A stretch of 64,000 bases of DNA. Origin: Escherichia coli. Lineage in GTDB: Bacteria > Pseudomonadota > Gammaproteobacteria > Enterobacterales > Enterobacteriaceae. Under the pieces are notes generated by a model. It was not told the DNA's origin, ran no database searches, and saw nothing but the letters and a program-made list of their open reading frames with translations. Below are positions 32,403-45,231 of the stretch, in pieces (position 1 is the stretch's first letter; every line of letters begins with the position of its first letter). A program made the translations under genes and the position numbers. The stretch lies in the NCBI RefSeq assembly GCF_009931435.1, contig NZ_CP043414.1. One strand, 5' to 3'.

Positions 32403-33878
32403 ATGTCCAGTCAATATTTACGTATTTTTCAACAGCCACGTTCAGCCATATTGCTGATTCTGGGTTTTGCTTCCGGGCTACCGCTCGCCCTGACATCCGG
32501 CACCTTACAGGCCTGGATGACGGTCGAGAATATCGATCTTAAAACCATTGGTTTCTTCTCTCTGGTAGGCCAGGCTTACGTTTTTAAATTCCTCTGGTCA
32601 CCGCTGATGGATCGCTACACGCCCCCATTTTTCGGGCGGCGGCGCGGTTGGTTGCTCGCCACACAAATCCTGTTATTAGTCGCCATTGCGGCGATGGGTT
32701 TTCTCGAACCAGGCACCCAGCTCCGCTGGATGGCGGCACTGGCGGTGGTGATCGCTTTTTGCTCTGCCTCCCAGGATATTGTCTTCGATGCGTGGAAAAC
32801 CGATGTGCTCCCGGCAGAAGAGCGTGGTGCGGGCGCGGCAATCAGCGTGCTGGGTTACCGTTTAGGGATGCTGGTTTCCGGCGGCTTAGCCCTGTGGCTG
32901 GCAGATAAATGGCTGGGCTGGCAGGGCATGTACTGGTTGATGGCGGCGCTGTTGATCCCCTGTATTATCGCGACGTTACTTGCACCAGAACCAACCGACA
33001 CCGTTCCTGTGCCCAAAACGCTGGAACAAGCGGTTGTTGCACCTCTGCGCGATTTCTTTGGTCGCAATAATGCCTGGCTTATTTTGCTTCTTATCGTGCT
33101 GTATAAGCTGGGCGACGCATTCGCCATGAGCCTGACAACCACGTTTTTGATTCGCGGCGTCGGGTTTGATGCAGGTGAAGTAGGCGTGGTTAACAAAACG
33201 CTTGGCTTACTGGCGACCATTGTTGGCGCATTGTACGGTGGGATTTTGATGCAGCGCCTGTCACTGTTCCGGGCGCTGCTGATTTTCGGTATTTTACAAG
33301 GTGCGTCTAACGCCGGTTACTGGCTGCTGTCGATTACTGATAAGCATCTCTACAGCATGGGCGCAGCCGTCTTTTTCGAAAACCTCTGTGGCGGGATGGG
33401 TACATCAGCCTTTGTCGCGCTGTTAATGACGCTGTGTAATAAGTCATTTTCCGCTACTCAATTTGCCCTGCTCTCAGCGCTTTCTGCTGTAGGGCGAGTT
33501 TATGTCGGCCCCGTGGCGGGTTGGTTTGTTGAAGCACACGGCTGGTCGACATTCTATCTGTTCTCCGTCGCCGCTGCCGTACCAGGGCTTTTTTTGCTGC
33601 TGGTTTGTCGCCAGACGCTTGAATATACACGAGTAAATGACAACTTTATCTCCCGTACCGAATATCCGGCAGGTTATGCCTTTGCCATGTGGACATTGGC
33701 GGCGGGCGTCAGCCTGTTGGCCGTGTGGTTACTGCTGTTGACGATGGACGCGCTGGATTTGACGCACTTCTCTTTCCTGCCTGCGCTGCTGGAAGTCGGG
33801 GTTTTAGTCGCCCTTTCTGGTGTCGTGCTTGGTGGTTTACTGGATTATCTGGCGCTACGAAAAACGCATCTGACGTAA
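32403..33878 (+). CDS. ampG: Muropeptide (anhydromuropeptide) MFS permease AmpG (491 aa)
   Basis: ORF MSSQYLRIFQQPRSAILLILGFASGLPLALTSGTLQAWMTVENIDLKTIGFFSL... Confidence 0.97.
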   Translation: MSSQYLRIFQQPRSAILLILGFASGLPLALTSGTLQAWMTVENIDLKTIGFFSLVGQAYVFKFLWSPLMDRYTPPFFGRRRGWLLATQILLLVAIAAMGFLEPGTQLRWMAALAVVIAFCSASQDIVFDAWKTDVLPAEERGAGAAISVLGYRLGMLVSGGLALWLADKWLGWQGMYWLMAALLIPCIIATLLAPEPTDTVPVPKTLEQAVVAPLRDFFGRNNAWLILLLIVLYKLGDAFAMSLTTTFLIRGVGFDAGEVGVVNKTLGLLATIVGALYGGILMQRLSLFRALLIFGILQGASNAGYWLLSITDKHLYSMGAAVFFENLCGGMGTSAFVALLMTLCNKSFSATQFALLSALSAVGRVYVGPVAGWFVEAHGWSTFYLFSVAAAVPGLFLLLVCRQTLEYTRVNDNFISRTEYPAGYAFAMWTLAAGVSLLAVWLLLLTMDALDLTHFSFLPALLEVGVLVALSGVVLGGLLDYLALRKTHLT

Positions 33879-33889
33879 TCTGTAAATAT

Positions 33890-33934
33890 TATTTAGCCGT
33901 AGTAATCACTCGCCGTAATTATTACGGCTAAATA
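33890..33934. repeat. Inverted repeat / hairpin downstream of ampG
   Basis: tatttagccgta ... tacggctaaata, 12-bp perfect arms around a 21-nt spacer; no clear T-run. Confidence 0.4.
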
Positions 33935-34337
33935 AACATCAGCATCGCTTATTAATATTTGTTCTTTTGTGCGGCTTAGCGTCTGGAAATTATTGACGCC
34001 ATTTATGAATTCTATTTTTCTTACACGATTCAGCTAATGAGTCTTTATTTTCTCACTACCCAGTTGTCACCTTAATGATAATTATTTGTTAAATAATTGT
34101 TTTATTTTGTATTGGTTATACCAATTGCCCGCCCAAACTCCTTCTGCACTCCCCTTTCGTTATAACGCCCTTTTGCAACAGCTTCTTAAAATCAACTTGA
34201 TATGTTTTGCAACATATGTGACCTAATAGCCAAATCCAAGTAACAGGAATTTAATCATGTTTACAGTAATGTAACCTTCCCGTAAAATGCCCACACACTT
34301 TAAACGCCACCAGATCCCGTGGAATTGAGGTCGTTAA

Positions 34338-35285
<948 letters not shown>

Positions 35286-35294
35286 AGGGGTTGA

Positions 35295-38231
<2,937 letters not shown>

Positions 38232-38242
38232 GAGCGGCGGTT

Positions 38243-39133
38243 ATGATGTTTAAGCAATACCTGCAAGTAACGAAACCAGGCATCATCTTTGGCAACCTGA
38301 TCTCGGTGATTGGGGGATTCCTGCTGGCCTCAAAGGGCAGCATTGATTATCCCCTGTTTATCTACACGCTGGTTGGGGTGTCACTGGTTGTGGCGTCGGG
38401 TTGTGTGTTTAACAACTACATCGACAGGGATATCGACAGAAAGATGGAAAGGACGAAGAATCGGGTGCTGGTTAAGGGCCTGATCTCTCCTGCTGTCTCG
38501 CTGGTGTACGCCACCTTGCTGGGTATTGCTGGCTTTATGCTGCTGTGGTTTGGCGCGAATCCGCTGGCCTGCTGGCTGGGGGTGATGGGCTTTGTGGTTT
38601 ATGTCGGCGTCTACAGCCTGTACATGAAACGCCACTCGGTCTACGGCACGTTGATTGGTTCGCTCTCTGGCGCTGCGCCGCCGGTGATCGGCTACTGTGC
38701 GGTAACCGGCGAGTTCGATAGCGGCGCAGCGATCCTGCTGGCTATCTTCAGCCTGTGGCAGATGCCTCACTCTTATGCCATCGCAATTTTCCGCTTTAAG
38801 GATTATCAGGCGGCAAACATTCCGGTACTGCCAGTGGTGAAAGGCATTTCGGTAGCGAAAAACCACATTACGCTGTATATCATCGCCTTTGCCGTTGCCA
38901 CGCTGATGCTCTCTCTTGGCGGTTACGCTGGGTATAAATATCTGGTGGTCGCCGCGGCGGTTAGCGTCTGGTGGTTAGGTATGGCGCTGCGTGGTTATAA
39001 AGTTGCTGATGATCGAATCTGGGCACGCAAGCTGTTCGGCTTCTCGATCATCGCCATCACTGCCCTCTCGGTAATGATGTCCGTTGATTTTATGGTGCCG
39101 GACTCGCATACGCTGCTGGCTGCTGTGTGGTAA
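38243..39133 (+). CDS. cyoE: Heme O synthase (protoheme IX farnesyltransferase) CyoE (296 aa)
   Basis: ORF 38198..39133 trimmed to [32 protein letters not shown]... Confidence 0.93.
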
Positions 39134-39145
39134 CACAACCTCTCT

Positions 39146-39176
39146 ATAAAAAAGGTGCTACGGCACCTTTTTTATT
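39146..39176 (+). terminator. Rho-independent terminator of the cyo operon
   Basis: aaaaaaggtgc-tacg-gcacc-ttttttatt directly after the cyoE stop. Confidence 0.75.
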
Positions 39177-39212
39177 GTCTGAGAACAGAGATACGGCTAA
39201 TAACCGTATCTC

Positions 39213-39241
39213 TTGACAGAGTGAGTATATGCACATAAATT
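39213..39241 (+). promoter_or_regulatory. Putative sigma70 promoter of the antitoxin-toxin operon
   Basis: TTGACA-N17-TAAATT about 75 nt upstream of the antitoxin ATG, immediately preceded by a 9-bp inverted repeat (gagatacgg-N7-ccgtatctc, 39188..39212). Confidence 0.4.
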
Positions 39242-39317
39242 AATCATTCGGTTGATAGCCGTATTATGCATGAGATCGACTCCCTACGATTTCATTCAGT
39301 TAATCAAAGAGGTCATA

Positions 39318-39629
39318 ATGCCTGGAAAAACAGTCGCTCTACCCGATATCGATAAAACGCTGAAAAATGCGCGGGTTGAACTCAAAACCAGTCCCGACGC
39401 CAAAAACAAACTTCGTGAAGCTGCGCAAGCCGTTGGGGTAGATTTAAGCGCTTTTATTTTGAGCGCAGCTATGGAACGCGCCGAAAGTGTGCTTGATAAC
39501 CAACGTCGCCGTGAGCTTTCGAATCAAAGCTGGGAACTGATGAACCAACTCATCGCTGAACCTGCTCAACCGACGCTCGCCCTCAAGGCGTTAATGAAAA
39601 GGAAAAACAGCGATGGTCGACAAGCATGA
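39318..39629 (+). CDS. Putative type II antitoxin, DUF1778 family (TacA/AtaR-like ribbon-helix-helix), 103 aa
   Basis: ATG 39318 preceded by RBS aaagagg; product MPGKTVALPDIDKTLKNARVELKTSPDAKNKLREAAQAVGVDLSAFILSAAMERAESVLDNQRRRELSNQSWELMNQLIAEPAQP... has the size and pattern of DUF1778 antitoxins; 17-nt overlap with the downstream GNAT gene. Confidence 0.75.
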   Translation: MPGKTVALPDIDKTLKNARVELKTSPDAKNKLREAAQAVGVDLSAFILSAAMERAESVLDNQRRRELSNQSWELMNQLIAEPAQPTLALKALMKRKNSDGRQA

Positions 39630-40155
39630 AGAGATTACTCTGCCCATAGTCCTCTCCTGTAATTATCAGTCTGATATTACTTATCCTGGGCAAAAACAGT
39701 TTGATTGCGGTAACCCTGTTATCGATAAATTTGTACGCGCATCGCTAAAGAAAAGTGTGCGTAATAGCGACTGTGCTGCTAAAGCACTTATTGACAGACA
39801 AAGTGGTGAACTGATTGGCATCTGTACTTTTACGGCATATTCGCTGGAAAAACAACGCGTTTCTGGCGTCCTTCAGGGTTCACAACCTTCAGAGATTGGT
39901 GTTGTCAGATTAGTCATGTTAGGGGTAGCGCGGAAATATCAAAAGCGGGGCTTTGGTCAGGACCTACTATGTGATTTTTTTGAACATGTAAAAATAATTC
40001 ACCGGGCATTACCAATTAAAGGGGTTTATCTTGATGCTGACCCTGCCGCCATTAACTTTTATACTCGTCTCGGCTTTGTTCAGCTTTCAGCGAGGCCCAA
40101 TGTTTTCGGTGCTGTACCGATGTTTTTAGCGATTCAGCATATTCTCGCGGCTTAG
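39613..40155 (+). CDS. Putative GNAT-fold acetyltransferase toxin (TacT/AtaT/ItaT-like), 180 aa
   Basis: MVDKHEEITLP...FDCG...RLVMLGVARKYQKRGFGQDLL...INFYTRLGF carries the GNAT acetyl-CoA motif (R/Q-x-x-G-x-G/A); start overlaps the antitoxin stop, typical of translationally coupled TA pairs. Confidence 0.75.
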   Translation: MVDKHEEITLPIVLSCNYQSDITYPGQKQFDCGNPVIDKFVRASLKKSVRNSDCAAKALIDRQSGELIGICTFTAYSLEKQRVSGVLQGSQPSEIGVVRLVMLGVARKYQKRGFGQDLLCDFFEHVKIIHRALPIKGVYLDADPAAINFYTRLGFVQLSARPNVFGAVPMFLAIQHILAA

Positions 40156-40210
40156 ATTATTATCGCCTCCGGCCATGGCAAGTTTTGCCTCAGCCGGGGA
40201 CTGAGCAGCG

Positions 40211-41146
40211 TTACCACTTTTGTTCAATTGCCCCCGCTTTCATCAGGTCCACATCCTTGCCTTTAATGGTTGCCGTTGCGGCAACCATTGTGGTCCTTAT
40301 TGCTGCACAAGATTTTCGTTCAAATTCCGGTTTATAAAGAATAAGCAACGAATTACTGGTAAATGAATCAAGCCGGTAATCTGTAAAGTTAATATCCAGT
40401 CGGTTTAAGCCGAAAGGTGCAAAGCCGACCGTTTGAATAGTTTCCTTACCTGACGGACTCTTGATGTTGTACGTAACACGAAGATTGGCCACTTCGCCTA
40501 ATTTATTGGTTTTGGCAAAGAGGCTATCCATGCAGGAAAAACCTTTATCTAAAAAATTATCCCGCATTCCAGAACGGGTAATCGTGATCACAGGTAACGT
40601 ATCGTCAACCGTTTTTCTGTCAATCATATCTTTTCGACAGGTGGCCATAAAGTCTTCCGGACCAGTATAAATGTGAACACCCTTATCAAGATATTCTTTC
40701 GCTTTACTACAATCCACCTCGACATACTGACCATTGGCGTACATCATGCCCAACCTGGACCATGCTAAATTCACACCGCGTTGCGTAGCCTGATTAAATA
40801 ACGCATACGCTTTGGCATAATCCACCCGCACCTGTTCACCTTCGTAGTAGATATCCCCCAGCGCTAACGGAGCTTCTTCATCACCTTGTTTAGCGGCTAA
40901 CTCGAACCATTTAATGGCTTCCTGAACGTTGGGTTTGGTATCGTAGCGGGGCTGATAATATTCCCAGCCTAACAGGCTTTGCGCGTCGACATCCCCCGAC
41001 TCAGCCATTTTATACAGTGTCCTTATCACATCGGGGGCAGGCTTTTCACTGTATATGCTGTCATACAATTCATGCGCTTTCTCGCTTGCCAGTGAACCTT
41101 GTGAGGCAATTAATAAAATAGCCAATAAACTCTTTTCATTTAACAT
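40211..41146 (-). CDS. Secreted Sel1-like repeat (SLR/TPR-like) protein with an unassigned C-terminal domain, 311 aa
   Basis: N-terminal Sec signal peptide (MLNEKSLLAILLIASQGSLA|SE); Sel1 repeats (LGWEYYQ..., LGDIYYEGEQVRVDYAKAYALFNQATQRG, LGMMYANGQYVEVDCSKAKEYLDKG); C-terminal 160 aa unrecognised; convergent with the TA operon. Confidence 0.75.
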   Translation of the reverse strand: MLNEKSLLAILLIASQGSLASEKAHELYDSIYSEKPAPDVIRTLYKMAESGDVDAQSLLGWEYYQPRYDTKPNVQEAIKWFELAAKQGDEEAPLALGDIYYEGEQVRVDYAKAYALFNQATQRGVNLAWSRLGMMYANGQYVEVDCSKAKEYLDKGVHIYTGPEDFMATCRKDMIDRKTVDDTLPVITITRSGMRDNFLDKGFSCMDSLFAKTNKLGEVANLRVTYNIKSPSGKETIQTVGFAPFGLNRLDINFTDYRLDSFTSNSLLILYKPEFERKSCAAIRTTMVAATATIKGKDVDLMKAGAIEQKW

Positions 41147-41562
41147 AAATAACCTTTATGCATCCATCACTATATTTTTCAATAAACCTAACCACCAAAC
41201 ATCCACTTCATGAATAAATACACAGCCATAACAACCTCAGGTAATAAGTAAACATTTAAGCTGAAGCAGAATAACCAGCACCTCCAACACCTCTATTTAT
41301 TGCGATAAAATAACACCATCCTTTAATAAAAAATCACACGCTCATCAACAAATCCGAAAATAATATCATTCGTGGCAGGATAAAATCAGGCGAGCTTTTC
41401 ATTTGTTATATTTAACGCACAAAGTATTAATGGCAAGAATACGAGGGAAGCGCATGCCTGACGTAAAAATCACGCTCTTATGTAATATTTACTCATTAAC
41501 ACTCTGTTTACCCAACATGCGCTCCGCACTACACTATGTGGGCAATTTTTTAAGAGGTGGTA

Positions 41563-42927
41563 ATGAACGATTATAAAATGACGCCAGGTGAGCGGCGCGC
41601 GACCTGGGGTTTAGGGACCGTATTTTCATTGCGCATGCTGGGCATGTTTATGGTACTGCCGGTTCTAACTACGTACGGTATGGCACTGCAAGGTGCCAGT
41701 GAAGCATTAATCGGTATTGCCATTGGTATTTATGGCCTGACTCAGGCCGTTTTTCAGATTCCGTTTGGCCTGCTCTCAGACCGTATTGGTCGCAAACCAT
41801 TAATTGTCGGCGGGCTGGCGGTGTTTGCTGCCGGTAGTGTTATCGCTGCGCTTTCCGACTCAATCTGGGGAATTATTCTGGGCCGGGCGTTACAAGGTTC
41901 TGGAGCGATTGCCGCTGCCGTTATGGCGCTACTTTCTGATCTCACGCGCGAACAAAACCGCACCAAAGCGATGGCGTTTATCGGCGTGAGTTTTGGCATT
42001 ACCTTCGCCATTGCGATGGTACTTGGCCCTATCATCACTCACAAACTTGGACTGCACGCGCTGTTCTGGATGATCGCTATTCTGGCAACGACCGGTATTG
42101 CGTTGACCATTTGGGTTGTGCCCAACAGCAGCACGCACGTACTTAATCGTGAGTCCGGAATGGTGAAAGGCAGTTTCAGCAAAGTGCTGGCAGAACCGCG
42201 ACTGCTGAAACTCAACTTCGGCATTATGTGTCTGCACATGCTGCTGATGTCGACGTTTGTTGCCCTGCCCGGACAGTTGGCTGATGCGGGGTTCCCGGCG
42301 GCTGAGCACTGGAAGGTCTATCTGGCGACGATGTTAATCGCCTTTGGCTCGGTTGTGCCTTTCATTATCTACGCGGAAGTTAAGCGCAAAATGAAGCAAG
42401 TCTTTGTCTTCTGCGTCGGGCTGATCGTGGTTGCGGAAATTGTGTTGTGGAACGCACAAACGCAGTTCTGGCAACTGGTGGTCGGCGTGCAGCTTTTCTT
42501 TGTGGCGTTTAATTTGATGGAAGCCCTCCTCCCCTCGCTTATCAGTAAAGAGTCGCCAGCCGGTTACAAAGGTACGGCGATGGGCGTTTACTCCACCAGC
42601 CAGTTTCTTGGCGTGGCCATTGGCGGTTCGCTGGGTGGCTGGATTGACGGCATGTTTGACGGTCAGGGCGTATTTCTCGCTGGCGCAATGCTGGCCGCTG
42701 TGTGGCTGGCTGTCGCCAGTACCATGAAAGAACCGCCGTATGTAAGCAGTTTGCGCATTGAAATCCCATCGGACATTGCCGCAAACGAGGCGTTAAAAGT
42801 GCGTTTGCTGGAAACTGCGGGTGTCAAAGAAGTGTTGATTGCAGAAGAAGAACATTCGGCTTACGTGAAAATCGACAGCAAAGTGACGAATCGCTTTGAA
42901 GTTGAACAGGCAATTCGTCAGGCATAA
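41563..42927 (+). CDS. yajR: MFS transporter YajR (454 aa)
   Basis: ORF 41557..42927 trimmed to ATG 41563 (MNDYKMTPGERRATWGLGTVFSLRMLGMFMVLPVLTTYG...); RBS aagagg. Confidence 0.93.
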   Translation: MNDYKMTPGERRATWGLGTVFSLRMLGMFMVLPVLTTYGMALQGASEALIGIAIGIYGLTQAVFQIPFGLLSDRIGRKPLIVGGLAVFAAGSVIAALSDSIWGIILGRALQGSGAIAAAVMALLSDLTREQNRTKAMAFIGVSFGITFAIAMVLGPIITHKLGLHALFWMIAILATTGIALTIWVVPNSSTHVLNRESGMVKGSFSKVLAEPRLLKLNFGIMCLHMLLMSTFVALPGQLADAGFPAAEHWKVYLATMLIAFGSVVPFIIYAEVKRKMKQVFVFCVGLIVVAEIVLWNAQTQFWQLVVGVQLFFVAFNLMEALLPSLISKESPAGYKGTAMGVYSTSQFLGVAIGGSLGGWIDGMFDGQGVFLAGAMLAAVWLAVASTMKEPPYVSSLRIEIPSDIAANEALKVRLLETAGVKEVLIAEEEHSAYVKIDSKVTNRFEVEQAIRQA

Positions 42928-42964
42928 AAAACGAGGCGAATTGCCTGTTGCGCTACGCTTTTCA

Positions 42965-43040
42965 GGCCTACAAAGTTCCTGAGTGACAAATCTTTGTAGG
43001 CCAAATCAGGCGTTCATGCCGCATCTGACATGAACAAAGC
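42965..43040. repeat. REP-like palindromic element between yajR and yajQ
   Basis: ggcctacaaag ... ctttgtaggcc, 11-bp inverted arms, followed by the REP-like motif gccgcatctgacatg. Confidence 0.5.
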
Positions 43041-43054
43041 GCAGGTTGTCGCGA

Positions 43055-43546
43055 TTAATCGCGGAAGTTTTTGAACTGGAACGGCTGACCCAGATCGCCA
43101 CCACGTACCATCGCCATGACAGCCTGCAAATCATCACGAGATTTGCCCGTCACACGGATCTCATCGCCCTGAATTTGCGCCTGCACTTTCAGTTTGCTGT
43201 CTTTGATCATCTTGACGATTTTCTTCTGGGTCGCGCTTTCAATGCCCTGTTTCAGTTTCGCTTCCACAAACCAGGTTTTACCGCTATGAACGATATTTTC
43301 CGGTACATCCAGCGAACTGCCTTCAATGCCGCGCTTCAGTAGCTTGGCACGCAGAATATCCAGCAACTGATTGACCTGGAAGTCGGACTCGCTCAACACT
43401 TTGATGGTTTTGCTGGCGTCGTTCAGCTCAAATGAGGCTTCAACGTTACGGAAGTCAAAACGGGACTCCACTTCGCGGCTCGCGTTATCGACCGCGTTTC
43501 GTGCTTCCTGAAGATCAACTTCAGAGACAATATCGAAAGATGGCAT
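43055..43546 (-). CDS. yajQ: Nucleotide-binding protein YajQ (UPF0234), 163 aa
   Basis: ORF 43055..43714 trimmed to ATG at 43546 ([35 protein letters not shown]...). Confidence 0.93.
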
Positions 43547-43623
43547 CTTTTCCTCTCCCTTCATTTTTGATGCGAAGCATAATACCTGCAAAGTTAAATA
43601 ACCGACAGTCCTGCACCAGGACG

Positions 43624-43671
43624 TATCCCTTAATTGTGCATAGTCGCAACAGCATGCACAATTAAGGGATA
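43624..43671. repeat. Perfect 18-bp inverted repeat with 12-nt spacer in the yajQ/panE divergent intergenic region
   Basis: tatcccttaattgtgcat-agtcgcaacagc-atgcacaattaagggata; the arms are exact reverse complements. Confidence 0.85.
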
Positions 43672-43713
43672 GCCTTATTGAACACCCGGAGTGGTTGCGG
43701 GTGAGGAGGAACA

Positions 43714-45178
<1,465 letters not shown>

Positions 45179-45180
45179 TG

Positions 45181-45220
45181 TCAGATGCGGCAAACGTCGC
45201 ATCTGACCAGATGCGACGTC
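45181..45220. repeat. REP-like palindrome between yajL and thiI
   Basis: tcagatgcg-gcaaac-gtcgcatctga followed by ccagatgcgacgtc. Confidence 0.5.
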
Positions 45221-45231
45221 ACAACCACAAA

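Noticed and set aside
39252-39317. Upstream TTG-initiated extension of the antitoxin ORF (the 125-aa version in the track)
   Set aside because: The ATG at 39318 has a strong, correctly spaced RBS (aaagagg) and gives the size typical of DUF1778 antitoxins; the extension has no RBS and would overlap the predicted promoter.
39134-41562. Possibility that the islet is a classical mobile element (IS, integron cassette or prophage remnant)
   Set aside because: No transposase, integrase or recombinase ORF, no terminal inverted repeats and no attC-like site were seen, so it is reported as an accessory islet rather than a mobile_element feature.
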